Positions 26,984-37,485 are shown, counted from the first letter of the stretch. The stretch: DNA of 64,000 nt from Candidatus Omnitrophota bacterium (GCA_016928555.1 JAFGKM010000005.1:9758-73757); one strand, 5' to 3'. Notes: generated by a model from the letters alone, not told the origin. Numbers and translations are program-made.

Positions 26984-28297
26984 ATGGCGGAAAAAAAGAA
27001 AGAAATTTTGTATACAGGTTCGGACACGGAAGGTGGGATTACCTCAGGTTACAATATGAATGACGGAGTAAAGTTAAAGGTTCCGTATTCCTTTTTCGGT
27101 TCCATATACGATGAAGAGGAAGAAAAAGCTGTTTTGAAAGCCATGAAGCAGGAATCCCAGACAATGGGGCCGCAGGTTGCGCTTTTCCAGCAGGAATTTG
27201 CAAAAAAGTTTGAGGTAAAACATGCCTTTGCCACCACAAACTGTACTACTGCAATGCACGTGGCAACACAGGCATTTGGAATAAAAGAAGGGGATGAGGT
27301 GATTGTTACGCCCAATACATTTATTGCCACTTCGCTTGTTATTCTTAAGGAAGGTGCTAAGCCGGTATATGCAGATATCAATCCCAAAACGTTCAATATA
27401 GACCCGTCGCAGATTGAAGATAAGATAACGGACAGAACCAAAGCCATATACGTGGTTCATTACGGCGGACAGATGTGCGATATGGATCCCATTATGGAGA
27501 TTGCCAAGAGACACAATCTTTATGTAATGGAAGACTGTGCACATGCCCATGGAGCTAAATACAAGGGGCGTCAGGCTGGAAGTATAGCAGACATTGGATG
27601 TTTCAGTTTCCATTCCCTTAAGAATATCACTACTTTGGGTGAAGGCGGAATGATTACAACGAACAATGATGAATTTGCAGACAGAATTGGCAGGATTCGC
27701 TGCATGAGTTTAACTCACTGGCCGCCGGAGCAGAAGGTTTTTGAATTTGCAGGCTTCAGGATGGAAAAAACGGATGTAAAGGATTACTGGATACCGTCTC
27801 ATTTTGACGTAATTGACGACAACGGAAAATGGGGCAACAATTACCGTATGAATGAAACCCAGGCGGCTGTCGGCAGGGCGCAGTTAAAAAAGCTGGACAT
27901 GCTTATTAGCAAAAGAAGGGAAAATGCCCACTATCTCACCAATAATCTGCAGAGCATAAAAGGTATAACTCCCGTATACGAAGACCCAAATTGTTTCCAC
28001 AGCTATCATCTTTATACCCTCTGTATTGAGGCTGAAGAACTTGGTGCATCCAGAGATGATTTCATGAGGGTGCTTTACAGGGAAGAGGGGATACAGGGTA
28101 TACAGCATTATCAGCCCTCGTATCACTTTACCGGATTTAAGAAACTGTATAATTATCCCGACAGATTATGTCCAAATGCAGAGAAATTCTTTTACGGGAG
28201 GGAAACAAATCTGCCTATGCATCCAAGACTGACAAAAGAAGAACTTGATATGATAGTTACAGGGATCAAGAATGCTGCCGGTAAGGTGCGCTCCTAA
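26984..28297 (+). CDS. DegT/DnrJ/EryC1/StrS family PLP-dependent sugar aminotransferase
   Basis: PLP-lysine region SFHSLKNITTLGEGG and an aminotransferase class-V-like fold. Confidence 0.85.
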   Translation: MAEKKKEILYTGSDTEGGITSGYNMNDGVKLKVPYSFFGSIYDEEEEKAVLKAMKQESQTMGPQVALFQQEFAKKFEVKHAFATTNCTTAMHVATQAFGIKEGDEVIVTPNTFIATSLVILKEGAKPVYADINPKTFNIDPSQIEDKITDRTKAIYVVHYGGQMCDMDPIMEIAKRHNLYVMEDCAHAHGAKYKGRQAGSIADIGCFSFHSLKNITTLGEGGMITTNNDEFADRIGRIRCMSLTHWPPEQKVFEFAGFRMEKTDVKDYWIPSHFDVIDDNGKWGNNYRMNETQAAVGRAQLKKLDMLISKRRENAHYLTNNLQSIKGITPVYEDPNCFHSYHLYTLCIEAEELGASRDDFMRVLYREEGIQGIQHYQPSYHFTGFKKLYNYPDRLCPNAEKFFYGRETNLPMHPRLTKEELDMIVTGIKNAAGKVRS

Positions 28298-28355
28298 TTA
28301 CAAGAAACTGGAAGCCGCAATTTTTCCCTTCGCTTGAACTTAAGGGAATATGCGG

Positions 28356-29690
28356 CTATAGAATAGGCAGATACGCGGTCAGTTCGTACTCATGCACCCG
28401 TTTTCTGTACTCGTCCCACTCAATTTTTTTCGCCGCAATCAGGTTGCCGAATATGTGTTCGCCCAGAACCTCTTGAAGCAGGCTGCTTTTCTCGGCCACC
28501 TCAATCGCCTCTATCAGACTGCCCGGCAGGCATTCCACGCCCAGCTCCTTCATCTCCCCGGCCGTCAGGTGGTACACGTCCCTCTCCAGCGGCTCTGCCA
28601 GCGGGTACTTGTTGTCTATCCCCTTCATACCCGCGGCGAGCATGCATGCAAACGCAAGGTACGGGTTGCACGCAGGGTCGGGAGAGCGGAATTCCACCCG
28701 CGTCGCCTTCTCCTTGCCCGGCTGGTACATCGGCACCCTCAGCATTGCGCTGCGGTTGCGCCGCGCCCAGCAGATGTACACAGGCGCCTCATAGCCGACT
28801 ACAAGCCGCTTGTAGGAGTTTACCCACTGGTTGCAAACAAGCGTTATCTCCCGCGCGTGCTTCATTATTCCGGCTATGTAGTGCTTGCCTTCCGCGGACA
28901 GGTGGTATTTGTCGCCCGCATCAAAAAACAGGTTCTTCTCGCCCTTGAATATCGACTGGTGCGTGTGCATACCCGAACCGTTGACTCCGTATATCGGCTT
29001 GGGCATGAATGTCGCGTATAACCCCTTTATCTGCGCTATCTCTTTCAACACCATGCGGTAGACCATTACTATGTCTGCCATCATCATACCGTCCTTGTAC
29101 CGCAGGTCTATCTCGTGCTGGGACGGAGCTACCTCGTGATGCGAGTATTCTACGTCTATCCCCATCTCCTCAAGCGTAAGTATTGTTTCCCTGCGCACCT
29201 CGTTGCCCGCATCTAAAGTGGTTATGTCAAAATAGCCACCTTCGTCCAGTATCTCTGTGGTTTTCTCGTTCTTGAATATGAAAAATTCAAGTTCAGGGCC
29301 TGCATAAAAGGTGTAACCCTTCTTTCCTATCTTATCCAGCTCTTTCTTCAGGATGTACCTTGAGTCGCCTTCGTACGGCGTGCGGTCCGGGTTGAGTATG
29401 TCGCAAAGCATGCCCGCTACGGCTTTTTCTTTGGGCCTGTATGGAAGCACGGTGAAGGTGGACGGGTCGGGCATCGCCACCATGTCGGACTCGTCTATCC
29501 GCGCAAAACCCTTTATGGACGAGCCGTCAAATCCCATGCCGTCTTCAAGGGCATGTTTTAACTCATCCGTCGTTATGGTGAATCCTTTCATCTGCCCGGT
29601 GATATCCGCAAACCACAACCGGATGAACTTTACGTCTTTTTCCTTGGCAAGCTTGAGAATATCGTCCTTCTTTATATCTTTATTGTTCAT
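28356..29690 (-). CDS. glnA: glutamine synthetase type I
   Basis: GS beta-grasp N-domain and catalytic domain motifs (KPIYGVNGSGMHTHQS; MLRVPMYQPGKE...RVEFRSPDPA). Confidence 0.95.
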   Translation of the reverse strand: MNNKDIKKDDILKLAKEKDVKFIRLWFADITGQMKGFTITTDELKHALEDGMGFDGSSIKGFARIDESDMVAMPDPSTFTVLPYRPKEKAVAGMLCDILNPDRTPYEGDSRYILKKELDKIGKKGYTFYAGPELEFFIFKNEKTTEILDEGGYFDITTLDAGNEVRRETILTLEEMGIDVEYSHHEVAPSQHEIDLRYKDGMMMADIVMVYRMVLKEIAQIKGLYATFMPKPIYGVNGSGMHTHQSIFKGEKNLFFDAGDKYHLSAEGKHYIAGIMKHAREITLVCNQWVNSYKRLVVGYEAPVYICWARRNRSAMLRVPMYQPGKEKATRVEFRSPDPACNPYLAFACMLAAGMKGIDNKYPLAEPLERDVYHLTAGEMKELGVECLPGSLIEAIEVAEKSSLLQEVLGEHIFGNLIAAKKIEWDEYRKRVHEYELTAYLPIL

Positions 29691-29742
29691 TTTTTCTCCG
29701 ATTATACCTCATAGGTTAGAATTTTGATCTATTTTACCATAT

Positions 29743-29760
29743 TTGTTTTATATAAAACAA
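29743..29760. promoter_or_regulatory. perfect 18-bp palindrome TTGTTTTATATAAAACAA over the -35 region of the glnA promoter
   Basis: The palindrome abuts an extended -10 (TGgTAAAAT on the minus strand) about 45 nt upstream of the glnA ATG. It is a candidate operator. Confidence 0.4.
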
Positions 29761-29770
29761 AATTCTGCCG

Positions 29771-31711
29771 TTAAGATTGAGGTTTAAGGATTATACATGC
29801 AAGAGGAGGGATGGTAAGGGAAAGTGAGAAAGTATGGTTATGGCAGGATGCGGCTTCAGGTTGTACAGCTCCCAGATTGCCGAGATTCCCGCCCCCGTAA
29901 AACTTTGAGTCGCTGTTAAAAATTTCTTTGTATTGAACGTCCGCCGGGACGCCTATCCTGTATTTCGTCCTCGGCACCGGGGTGAAATTGAATATGGCTA
30001 TGACAAAATCCTCTTTTTCCTTTCCCCTGCGCATAAAGGATATAATACTGCTGTCCCTGTCGGAGAAGTCAATCCATTCAAAGCCCTCGTCATCAAAGTC
30101 CTTTTCAAAAAGCGCCTTTTCACTTTGGTACAGGGCGTTGAGGTCGGAAACAAACTTCTTTGTCCTCCGGTGCATGTCTTTTTCAAGAAGGTGCCATTCA
30201 AGTTCCCTGTCATAGTTCCATTCGGATATCTGTCCGAACTCTCCGCCCATAAATAGCAGTTTCTTTCCCGGATAGCAGTACATATATGCCAGGAGAAGGC
30301 GGAGATTTGCGAATTTCTGCCACGAATCGCCCGGCATCTTGGAGAGAAGCGATTTTTTTCCGTAGACGGTTTCATCATGAGAAAGAGGAAGCATGAAACT
30401 TTCGGAGAACGCATATAAAAGGCCGAAGGTCAAAGAGTTTTGATGGTGTTTTCGGTGGATGGGGTCGAGTGAAAAATATTTCAGCGTATCGTGCATCCAG
30501 CCCATGTTCCATTTAAAACCGAATCCAAGACCACCCTCGTAGACCGGGCGGCTTACCTTGGGCCATGCCGTTGATTCTTCAGCGGCGGTGAAGGAACCGG
30601 GGAGCCTGTTGTAAACGGCGGTGTTAATCTTTTTGAGGAGCTCAATCGCCTCAAGGTTCTCCCTGCCTCCGTAAATGTTGGAAATCCACTCGCCTTCTCT
30701 TCTTGAATAATCAAGGTACAGCATTGAAGCGACGCCGTCTACACGCAGTGCGTCAATACGATAATCCTCAAGCCAGCTCAACGCGCTGTTAACAAGAAAA
30801 TTGCCTACCTCATGCCTTCCGTAATTGAATATTGCGCTTTTCCAGTCGGGGTGGTCTCTTTTACGCGGGTCGGAGTGTTCATAGAGGTGCGTCCCGTCAT
30901 AGTAATAGAGCCCAAACTCGTCCTTGGGAAAATGGGCGGGCGTCCAGTCAAGTATAACCCCTATGTTGTTTTTGTGAAGGGAGTCTATAAAAAAACGAAA
31001 ATCATCGGGAGAACCGTGCCTGCTTGTGGGCGCGAAAAATCCGGTTGTCTGGTAGCCCCACGATGAATCGAGGGGATGTTCCGTGACGGGCATGAATTCC
31101 ACCCAGTTGAATCCGGTTTCTTTAAGATACGGAATAAGCAGTTCAGAAATCTCCCTGTAGTTCAGGAAAAAACCGTCTTTTCTCCTTCTCCATGAACCGA
31201 GATGCATCTCATATATTGCGACCGGCTGTCCATATATGTTTTTAGGATTTATCCTTCCGTGTTTCCATTCGTAATTGGAATTGTAAGTAAGCGAGGCGTT
31301 GGACGGGCGCACTTCATAAAATGAGCCGTAAGGGTCTGACTTCAGCATAACCCTGCGCCCGTTCATTATTTCAAACTTGTAAGGTTCGTATTCCCCTACA
31401 CCGGGTATGAAAATCTCCCATATTCCGGAGTTCCCGAGGCATCGCATCCTGTGCGCCCTGCCGTCCCAGCCGTTAAAATTTCCTTTGACGCTCACGCTTT
31501 CGGCGTTGGGAGCCCATACCGAGAAGTTGTATCCTGCCGTTCCGTAAACGACACGTTTATGCGCCCCGAGTTTCTTGTATATTTCAAAGTGGCTTCCCTC
31601 GTTGAAAAGATAGAGGTCGAGGTGGCTGAAAAAAGATTCCCTGAAATGCAAAGCCTCGTTCCTGCTTTTTTCTTCGTGCTTTCTAACCTGTTTTCTTTCT
31701 ATACCGTCCAA
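29771..31711 (-). CDS. glgB: 1,4-alpha-glucan branching enzyme (GH13)
   Basis: VILDWTPAHFPKDE and RVDGVASMLYLDYSRREGEWI motifs; 646 aa. Confidence 0.9.
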   Translation of the reverse strand: MDGIERKQVRKHEEKSRNEALHFRESFFSHLDLYLFNEGSHFEIYKKLGAHKRVVYGTAGYNFSVWAPNAESVSVKGNFNGWDGRAHRMRCLGNSGIWEIFIPGVGEYEPYKFEIMNGRRVMLKSDPYGSFYEVRPSNASLTYNSNYEWKHGRINPKNIYGQPVAIYEMHLGSWRRRKDGFFLNYREISELLIPYLKETGFNWVEFMPVTEHPLDSSWGYQTTGFFAPTSRHGSPDDFRFFIDSLHKNNIGVILDWTPAHFPKDEFGLYYYDGTHLYEHSDPRKRDHPDWKSAIFNYGRHEVGNFLVNSALSWLEDYRIDALRVDGVASMLYLDYSRREGEWISNIYGGRENLEAIELLKKINTAVYNRLPGSFTAAEESTAWPKVSRPVYEGGLGFGFKWNMGWMHDTLKYFSLDPIHRKHHQNSLTFGLLYAFSESFMLPLSHDETVYGKKSLLSKMPGDSWQKFANLRLLLAYMYCYPGKKLLFMGGEFGQISEWNYDRELEWHLLEKDMHRRTKKFVSDLNALYQSEKALFEKDFDDEGFEWIDFSDRDSSIISFMRRGKEKEDFVIAIFNFTPVPRTKYRIGVPADVQYKEIFNSDSKFYGGGNLGNLGAVQPEAASCHNHTFSLSLTIPPLACIILKPQS

Positions 31712-33696
31712 TTTTCGTCCTTCGGCGTAAATCTGACCTTGAAAAAATCACCGGCAGGCATTACAAATTCCTGTCCGTTTGTTTCTCTTACCGTTATGTT
31801 AAAAAACGTATTTTCTTCATCTCCTGCGAGTATTTCCGTTTTAGGGATAAGCATTTCCGTTATCCCGCCGCAGGAGTAAATTACAGGTCCGGCATCCCGG
31901 CGGCCCGTATGTATGATAAACTTTTTTTCAACAGGTTCATGGAAATAAATTTGAATCTCAACTGCTTCTTTACTCTTAAAATCCATGCGGATGTAAAGAT
32001 TCTCCTCGTCATAACCGTAGAACATTTTTCTAACTGGCATGCCGGCAGGCATGAATGTCGCCCACAGTCCGGAAGGGTCAAGCTCTATAGCATCATGCCA
32101 CTCATAAAAGTGTGTTATTTTACCGTCAATTACGGGTTTTATGTAAGGGATGATTTCCTCGTACGCGTATCCCTCAACGGGCAGGTTAAGATACTGCGGG
32201 ATTTCGGCTCCGGCCGTTTCGTATATTCTGCGTATGCTGTTTCTGAAATACGCGTCAAACCGCATCTTGGTTTTTTTGTCCGCCGGCAGGCTGTACCACC
32301 AGAACCAGTCGCTGGATTCGGCGAGCATAACAGCTTCCGCAAGTATGTTTTTCTTCTCTTCAGGCAGACAGTTCTCTCTTTCTTCCGCCGCCGCCCTTGC
32401 CTGTTTCAGTATGGACCATGCCTTGTTTGCTGGCTCTCTGCCTATCCAGTTGTCAAAGTTTGTTCCCATCCAGCTTCCGGGGGATATGTGGTCAAAACGC
32501 AGGCGTCTTATATCCGTTTTGAGCGCTTCCGAAAAGGTAACGGTCCTTACGGCATCGTTATTTTCAAGGAATTTATAAAACGCCGTAAGAAATTTTTCTC
32601 CGTAGTCGGGATAAAAGTCCCACGGGTTCTCGCCGTCAAGTATGACTGTCAGCAGACGGCCGTCCATGTTTGAACGGAGAGCGCTCAACCGTTCAGCGAT
32701 ATCCCCGGCGGCATTTTTTTCATCGGTTTTCTGGTATGAAAAACCTATCATGTCCGATATGTGGCGGTCCCTGAAGAAAACGGAGGGGCCGTTTCGAAAG
32801 TCCCATATACTGCAATGTTCTTTCTGAAACAGCGGGTGTGCAAGTGTTTCTTCAAGCAGGCTTTCGTCGGTCGCCGTCCACAAAACGCCTTGTTCGGAGA
32901 ATAACTCGAGGATTTCATCGCTGAGGCTTCCTTCTGATGGCCATATCCCAGCTGCCTGCTTTTTGAATATGCGTTCATACGTTTTCAACCCTTCAAGCAA
33001 TTGCATGCGGGCATCCTGAGGATATGAAAAGACGCCTTCGGGAATGCTCAAAGATGTCTTGGTTTTTCTTGCGGTATCCGTACTGTAAAGAAGGGGAAGG
33101 ATAGGGTGCATCATTGGGCTGGTGCTTATCTCTATCTTCCCTTCATTCATAAGTTCGCCGTACAGGGCAATTACTTCCGAAAATATCATCTTTTCTTTTT
33201 CGTGCAGAAGCTTTCTGTCGCTTTCGCCGAAATTCCTTCCTTTTTTAAAGAGTTCCTTAATTTCTCCGTCAGAAACCGCCGGATGAAAGCTTGCAAGATG
33301 CAGGTAAATTTTCAGGTCTAACAGATCCTGTTCGGAACATGAATTTTCTTCGGCTTTCTCTTTCAGCATATTGATGATTTTATGCCTCCCGAGTATCTGC
33401 GGGGGCATCCCGCCTATAAATGCCAAGACCTCCTCCCTCCCTGCGGAATTCCCCTCTTCAAGCAGAGCCATGAACCTGTCCTTTATTTTACCCGAAGCGA
33501 TGTCTTCTATCTGGATGAGCAGTACCGGCGTAAGATTGAAATTCAGTTTTATCCCGGGGTTTTTCTTTGTCAGGACCGCCATGGGGTAATAGTTGAAAAG
33601 GGTTCGGAATGTCAGGGCGGGGGTGTCTATTTCCCCGTTGTTGACGTCGGCATAGTAAGGCTGGTGCATGTGCCAGAGAATTGATAAATACATCAT
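31699..33696 (-). CDS. glycoside hydrolase family 57 protein (alpha-amylase/4-alpha-glucanotransferase-like)
   Basis: GH57 hallmark LWHMHQPYY at the N-terminus; 665 aa. It overlaps glgB by 13 nt. Confidence 0.8.
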   Translation of the reverse strand: MMYLSILWHMHQPYYADVNNGEIDTPALTFRTLFNYYPMAVLTKKNPGIKLNFNLTPVLLIQIEDIASGKIKDRFMALLEEGNSAGREEVLAFIGGMPPQILGRHKIINMLKEKAEENSCSEQDLLDLKIYLHLASFHPAVSDGEIKELFKKGRNFGESDRKLLHEKEKMIFSEVIALYGELMNEGKIEISTSPMMHPILPLLYSTDTARKTKTSLSIPEGVFSYPQDARMQLLEGLKTYERIFKKQAAGIWPSEGSLSDEILELFSEQGVLWTATDESLLEETLAHPLFQKEHCSIWDFRNGPSVFFRDRHISDMIGFSYQKTDEKNAAGDIAERLSALRSNMDGRLLTVILDGENPWDFYPDYGEKFLTAFYKFLENNDAVRTVTFSEALKTDIRRLRFDHISPGSWMGTNFDNWIGREPANKAWSILKQARAAAEERENCLPEEKKNILAEAVMLAESSDWFWWYSLPADKKTKMRFDAYFRNSIRRIYETAGAEIPQYLNLPVEGYAYEEIIPYIKPVIDGKITHFYEWHDAIELDPSGLWATFMPAGMPVRKMFYGYDEENLYIRMDFKSKEAVEIQIYFHEPVEKKFIIHTGRRDAGPVIYSCGGITEMLIPKTEILAGDEENTFFNITVRETNGQEFVMPAGDFFKVRFTPKDENWTV

Positions 33697-35123
33697 AATT
33701 CGGCCATCTGTCCGTAAATCTCAAGGTATTCGTTAACCGAAGATTTCCATGAAAAATCAAGTTTTATAACGGAGTTTACGCATTTTTCCATCCGTTTTTC
33801 GTCCCCGAATAATTTTAATGCAGATTCAATGCATTTCAACAGCTCCCTGCTCCCTCCCTCAAAGACAAAACCTGTTCCTTTTTCTGAGGCAAAATCATAA
33901 TTGGCTACGGTATCGGCGAGGCCGCCGACATTTCTTACAACGGGTATGGTTCCGTATTTGAAGCTTATCATCTGCCCCAGTCCGCAGGGTTCAAATTTTG
34001 AAGGCATAAGGAAGAAATCGCTTCCCGCGTATATCAGATGCGCCAGCTCGTCGTTGAATCCGAAAGCAACCGATATTTTTTTGGGGAATTTACCCGCCCA
34101 GCGGGTTAATATGTCCTTATATTCAGGTTCCCCGTCTCCGAGGACAACTACCTGCAGGTTCTTTGAAAGGATATCCCCCATTATCTCTGCCAGTTCGTCA
34201 ATCCCTTTTTGTTCGGCAAGGCGCGCCACCATTCCGAAAAGAGGGATATCTTTTCCGTCCTGCAGTCCGAGTTTTTTCTGCAGGGCGGTTTTATTCTCGG
34301 ATTTGCTCTTGAAAGTCCGGTATTTTTTGTGTATGAACCTGTCGAAGGACGGGTTCCATATCTGGTAGTCTATCCCGTTTATTATGCCTCTCAACTTGTT
34401 CTGATTTTTTCTCAGAAGGCCGTCAAGACTGTTCCCGAATTCCGGGGTAAGTATTTCTTTCGCATACCTGGGGCTGACGGTATTTACCATGTCGGAATGT
34501 ATTATCGCGGCCTTCATGAAATTTACATTGCCGTAAAATTCAAGCTCCTCCATCTGGAAATAATGCCAGGGCAGTCCGAGAATCTGAAATGTATCTGCGC
34601 TGAAAACGCCCTGGTATCCCAGGTTATGAATGGTGAAAAGAGTTTTCGCCCGGGGGAAGATATCCCTGTAGTTTGTTTTCAGATACAAAGGGAGAAGCGC
34701 AGTGTGCCAGTCATGGCAGTGGAATACGTCCGCATCTATCTTCAAAAACCTTGCGGCTTCCAGAACCGCTCTCGGTAAGAAAGAAAACCTCTCGGCGTTA
34801 TCGGGATAACCTTTGCCTCCATGGCCGTATATCCCGTCCCTTTTAAAATAGCCGGGATTGTTTATGAAATATATTCCCGGGAACTCAATACTTTTTTCGA
34901 GGATGCATTTTTCCTTCCTGTGTTCGGAAAAGACGACGTCGAAGATTCCGATTTCAGTTGTTTTGTGGCTGTTCTTTGTCTGTTTGTACAGCGGAATGAA
35001 GAGAGAAACATTCTGTTTCCCCTTGAGATATTTGTATAAAGAGCCTACAACGTCAGCCATGCCCCCTGCCTTTATAAACGGTACGGCTTCGGCGGCCGCA
35101 AGGCATATATTTTTCCTGTTCAT
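33693..35123 (-). CDS. glgA: glycogen synthase (GT5, ADP-glucose type)
   Basis: N-terminal KAGGMADVVGSL and GT-B fold; 476 aa. It overlaps the GH57 start by 4 nt. Confidence 0.9.
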   Translation of the reverse strand: MNRKNICLAAAEAVPFIKAGGMADVVGSLYKYLKGKQNVSLFIPLYKQTKNSHKTTEIGIFDVVFSEHRKEKCILEKSIEFPGIYFINNPGYFKRDGIYGHGGKGYPDNAERFSFLPRAVLEAARFLKIDADVFHCHDWHTALLPLYLKTNYRDIFPRAKTLFTIHNLGYQGVFSADTFQILGLPWHYFQMEELEFYGNVNFMKAAIIHSDMVNTVSPRYAKEILTPEFGNSLDGLLRKNQNKLRGIINGIDYQIWNPSFDRFIHKKYRTFKSKSENKTALQKKLGLQDGKDIPLFGMVARLAEQKGIDELAEIMGDILSKNLQVVVLGDGEPEYKDILTRWAGKFPKKISVAFGFNDELAHLIYAGSDFFLMPSKFEPCGLGQMISFKYGTIPVVRNVGGLADTVANYDFASEKGTGFVFEGGSRELLKCIESALKLFGDEKRMEKCVNSVIKLDFSWKSSVNEYLEIYGQMAEL

Positions 35124-35172
35124 GGGTTTTCCTTTTTAAAAACTGTGCGATAAATCGCACCGCTACAGTAAT

Positions 35173-35212
35173 GGATCCCTGCCTAAAACATGCAGGGATG
35201 ACAAAAAACGTC
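35173..35212. repeat. intergenic palindromic element copy A (GGATCCCTGCC...GCAGGGATGACAAAAAACGTC)
   Basis: Inverted repeat ATCCCTGC/GCAGGGAT forming a hairpin directly after the galT stop. Its ends are shared with copy B at 37867..37933. Confidence 0.6.
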
Positions 35213-35228
35213 AAATCGCACCGTTACA

Positions 35229-36272
35229 TTAGACGTTGAGAGATTTCAGGAAGTCCGCCACCTCTTCGGGCGGAGTAGGGTTTATGTAAAAACCGGTGCC
35301 CCATTCAAACCCTCCCTGCTTTACAAGCCTGGGCATTATTTCAATGTGCCAGTGATAGTCTTTTTCTATTGTCTGCCAGTATCCCGGACGAGGATACCTG
35401 CTCGGTGCCGTATGAAGCATGAAATTGTAAGACGGGCTGTTAAGCCCCTGAGATATTTTTTTGAAAATTTCCAGCATAATTTCCGCCAGGGACCCTCTTT
35501 CCTTTGCGGTTATTTCCTCAAAATCAGGCGAGTGTCTGAAGGGCATTATTGAAAGCTCAAAGGGGAACCGGGAAGCAAACGGGGCGGTTACGAGAAAAGA
35601 TTCATTTTGGGCGACTATCCTTTTGCCGCTGTCTATCTCCTGGTTTATTATGTCGCACCAGACGCATCTCTCTCTGTATTCGTAATACCATTTTGAACCC
35701 ATGAGTTCTTCCTTGACTCTCTTAGGAACGACGGGCGTTGCTATCAACTGCGAGTGCGGATGGGAAAGAGATGCCCCCGCTTCCTTGCCGAAGTTCTTGA
35801 ATACGAGGATATACCGGAATCGAGAGTCTTTTTTAAGGTCTATGCAGCGCATCTGGTAGGTTTCTATAATATTCGTCATCGTTTCCATGGAATAGTTTTT
35901 TATATCAATGTTCTCTCCCGCGCCGGTTTTGTGCCCGGGGGTTTCTATTATTACTTCGTGGGCGCCTATCCCGTTCATCATATCGTACATTCCCACACCT
36001 CTTTTGTTCAACTCCCCCTCAATTCTCAAGGCGGGGAATTTATTCGGGACGACCCGCACTTCCCATCCGGTACTGTTCGGGGCGGTGAGAGACGGCCTTT
36101 TCGCGAATATCTCGGCAGGAGTCTTGTCTTCATTGCCCGGGCAGAACGGACAAAATGCCTCCTGCTGAGTTTCCGTCGGGCTTGAGAAATCCGACGGCCT
36201 GAATTTTCTTTCGGTGGCGATAACAACCCATCTGCCTATTACGGGGTCTTTCCTTAATTCTGACATATACAC
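35229..36272 (-). CDS. GalT-family (HIT superfamily) hexose-1-phosphate nucleotidyltransferase; possibly ADP-glucose phosphorylase-like
   Basis: CPFCPGNE zinc site and the HPHSQL active-site motif of galactose-1-phosphate uridylyltransferase class I; 347 aa. It is embedded in the glycogen operon. Confidence 0.75.
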   Translation of the reverse strand: MYMSELRKDPVIGRWVVIATERKFRPSDFSSPTETQQEAFCPFCPGNEDKTPAEIFAKRPSLTAPNSTGWEVRVVPNKFPALRIEGELNKRGVGMYDMMNGIGAHEVIIETPGHKTGAGENIDIKNYSMETMTNIIETYQMRCIDLKKDSRFRYILVFKNFGKEAGASLSHPHSQLIATPVVPKRVKEELMGSKWYYEYRERCVWCDIINQEIDSGKRIVAQNESFLVTAPFASRFPFELSIMPFRHSPDFEEITAKERGSLAEIMLEIFKKISQGLNSPSYNFMLHTAPSRYPRPGYWQTIEKDYHWHIEIMPRLVKQGGFEWGTGFYINPTPPEEVADFLKSLNV

Positions 36273-36273
36273 C

Positions 36274-37485
36274 TCACCATTTGTATTTTTTGGGAATTGC
36301 CGTTATTCCGTTGTCCGACACGTAAAACCTTTTTCGGTCAGCCTCAAGATTATAACCTATTTCCGTATAAGGAGGAACATCTACGTTTTTATCTATTATG
36401 GCGCGTCTGATTTTTGAGTGCCGTCCTATATTGACGTTTTCAAATATAATGCTGTCGGTTATTTCCGAATAGCTGTGCGCCCTGACATTAACTGAAAGCA
36501 CGCTGTGAAAAATCCTTGCGCCGCTGATTATACAGCCGCCGGAAATCATTGAATCGGTTACAGAAGCTTTTCTGTCTTCGCCGGAGAAAACGGTTTTTGC
36601 CGGCGGGAACTGCTCCTGGAACGTCCTTATCGGCCAGTCCCTGTCATATAAGTTCAAAAGGGGGTCAATATTTACCAGGTCCATGTTTGCCTCCCAGTAA
36701 GCGTCTATTGTTCCTATGTCCCGCCAGTATTTATTCTCTTTTTTATTTTCGTCGATAAACCTGAAGACGCAGACGTTGCTGCGGCCTATCATTGAAGGGA
36801 TGATATCTTTTCCGAAATCATGGGAACTCCTGGATTTTTTTGCGTCTTCAACGACATTTCTGATAAGAGCATCGAGGCTGGCGACGTATATTCCCATGGA
36901 AATCAGGCATGCGTCCGGGTTTTTGGGGTCGGGGGAAGGGTCATTCGGCTTTTCCCTGAACTCAACAACCTTTTCATCCACAACCTTTAATACTCCGAAC
37001 CTGTGGGCTTCCTTTAGGGGGACTTCAAACGCGCTTATCGTAAAATCCGCTTTGTTTTCAATATGCGCCTGTATAATTCTCCTGTAATCCATCTTATATA
37101 CCTGGTCGCCCGAAAGCAGGAGGATAAGTTTAGGCTTTTCGTCCTCAAGGATGTTTATGTTCTGAAAAACCGAGTCTGCGGTTCCCTGATACCAGTCCTC
37201 GCCTATTCTTTTTTGGGCGGGAACAAGGTCTATGAATTCGCCGAGCTCCCTTGAAAAGATGTTCCAGCCCTCTCTCATGTGCCTTTGCAGAGAAAAGGAT
37301 TTGTACTGGGTGAAAATATAAATTTTCCTCAGGCCGGAATTTATTGCATTGCTTAGAGGAAAATCTATCATTCTGTATATGCCTCCGAAAGGAACAGCCG
37401 GCTTGGTTCTGTCCTTTGTCAAAGGATGCAGGCGCTCCCCTTTTCCTCCCGCAAGCACGAAGGTAGTTATGTCTCTCGGATTCAT
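36274..37485 (-). CDS. glgC: glucose-1-phosphate adenylyltransferase
   Basis: N-terminal FVLAGGKGERLHPLTKDRTKPAVPFGG and a left-handed beta-helix C-terminus; 403 aa. Confidence 0.9.
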   Translation of the reverse strand: MNPRDITTFVLAGGKGERLHPLTKDRTKPAVPFGGIYRMIDFPLSNAINSGLRKIYIFTQYKSFSLQRHMREGWNIFSRELGEFIDLVPAQKRIGEDWYQGTADSVFQNINILEDEKPKLILLLSGDQVYKMDYRRIIQAHIENKADFTISAFEVPLKEAHRFGVLKVVDEKVVEFREKPNDPSPDPKNPDACLISMGIYVASLDALIRNVVEDAKKSRSSHDFGKDIIPSMIGRSNVCVFRFIDENKKENKYWRDIGTIDAYWEANMDLVNIDPLLNLYDRDWPIRTFQEQFPPAKTVFSGEDRKASVTDSMISGGCIISGARIFHSVLSVNVRAHSYSEITDSIIFENVNIGRHSKIRRAIIDKNVDVPPYTEIGYNLEADRKRFYVSDNGITAIPKKYKW

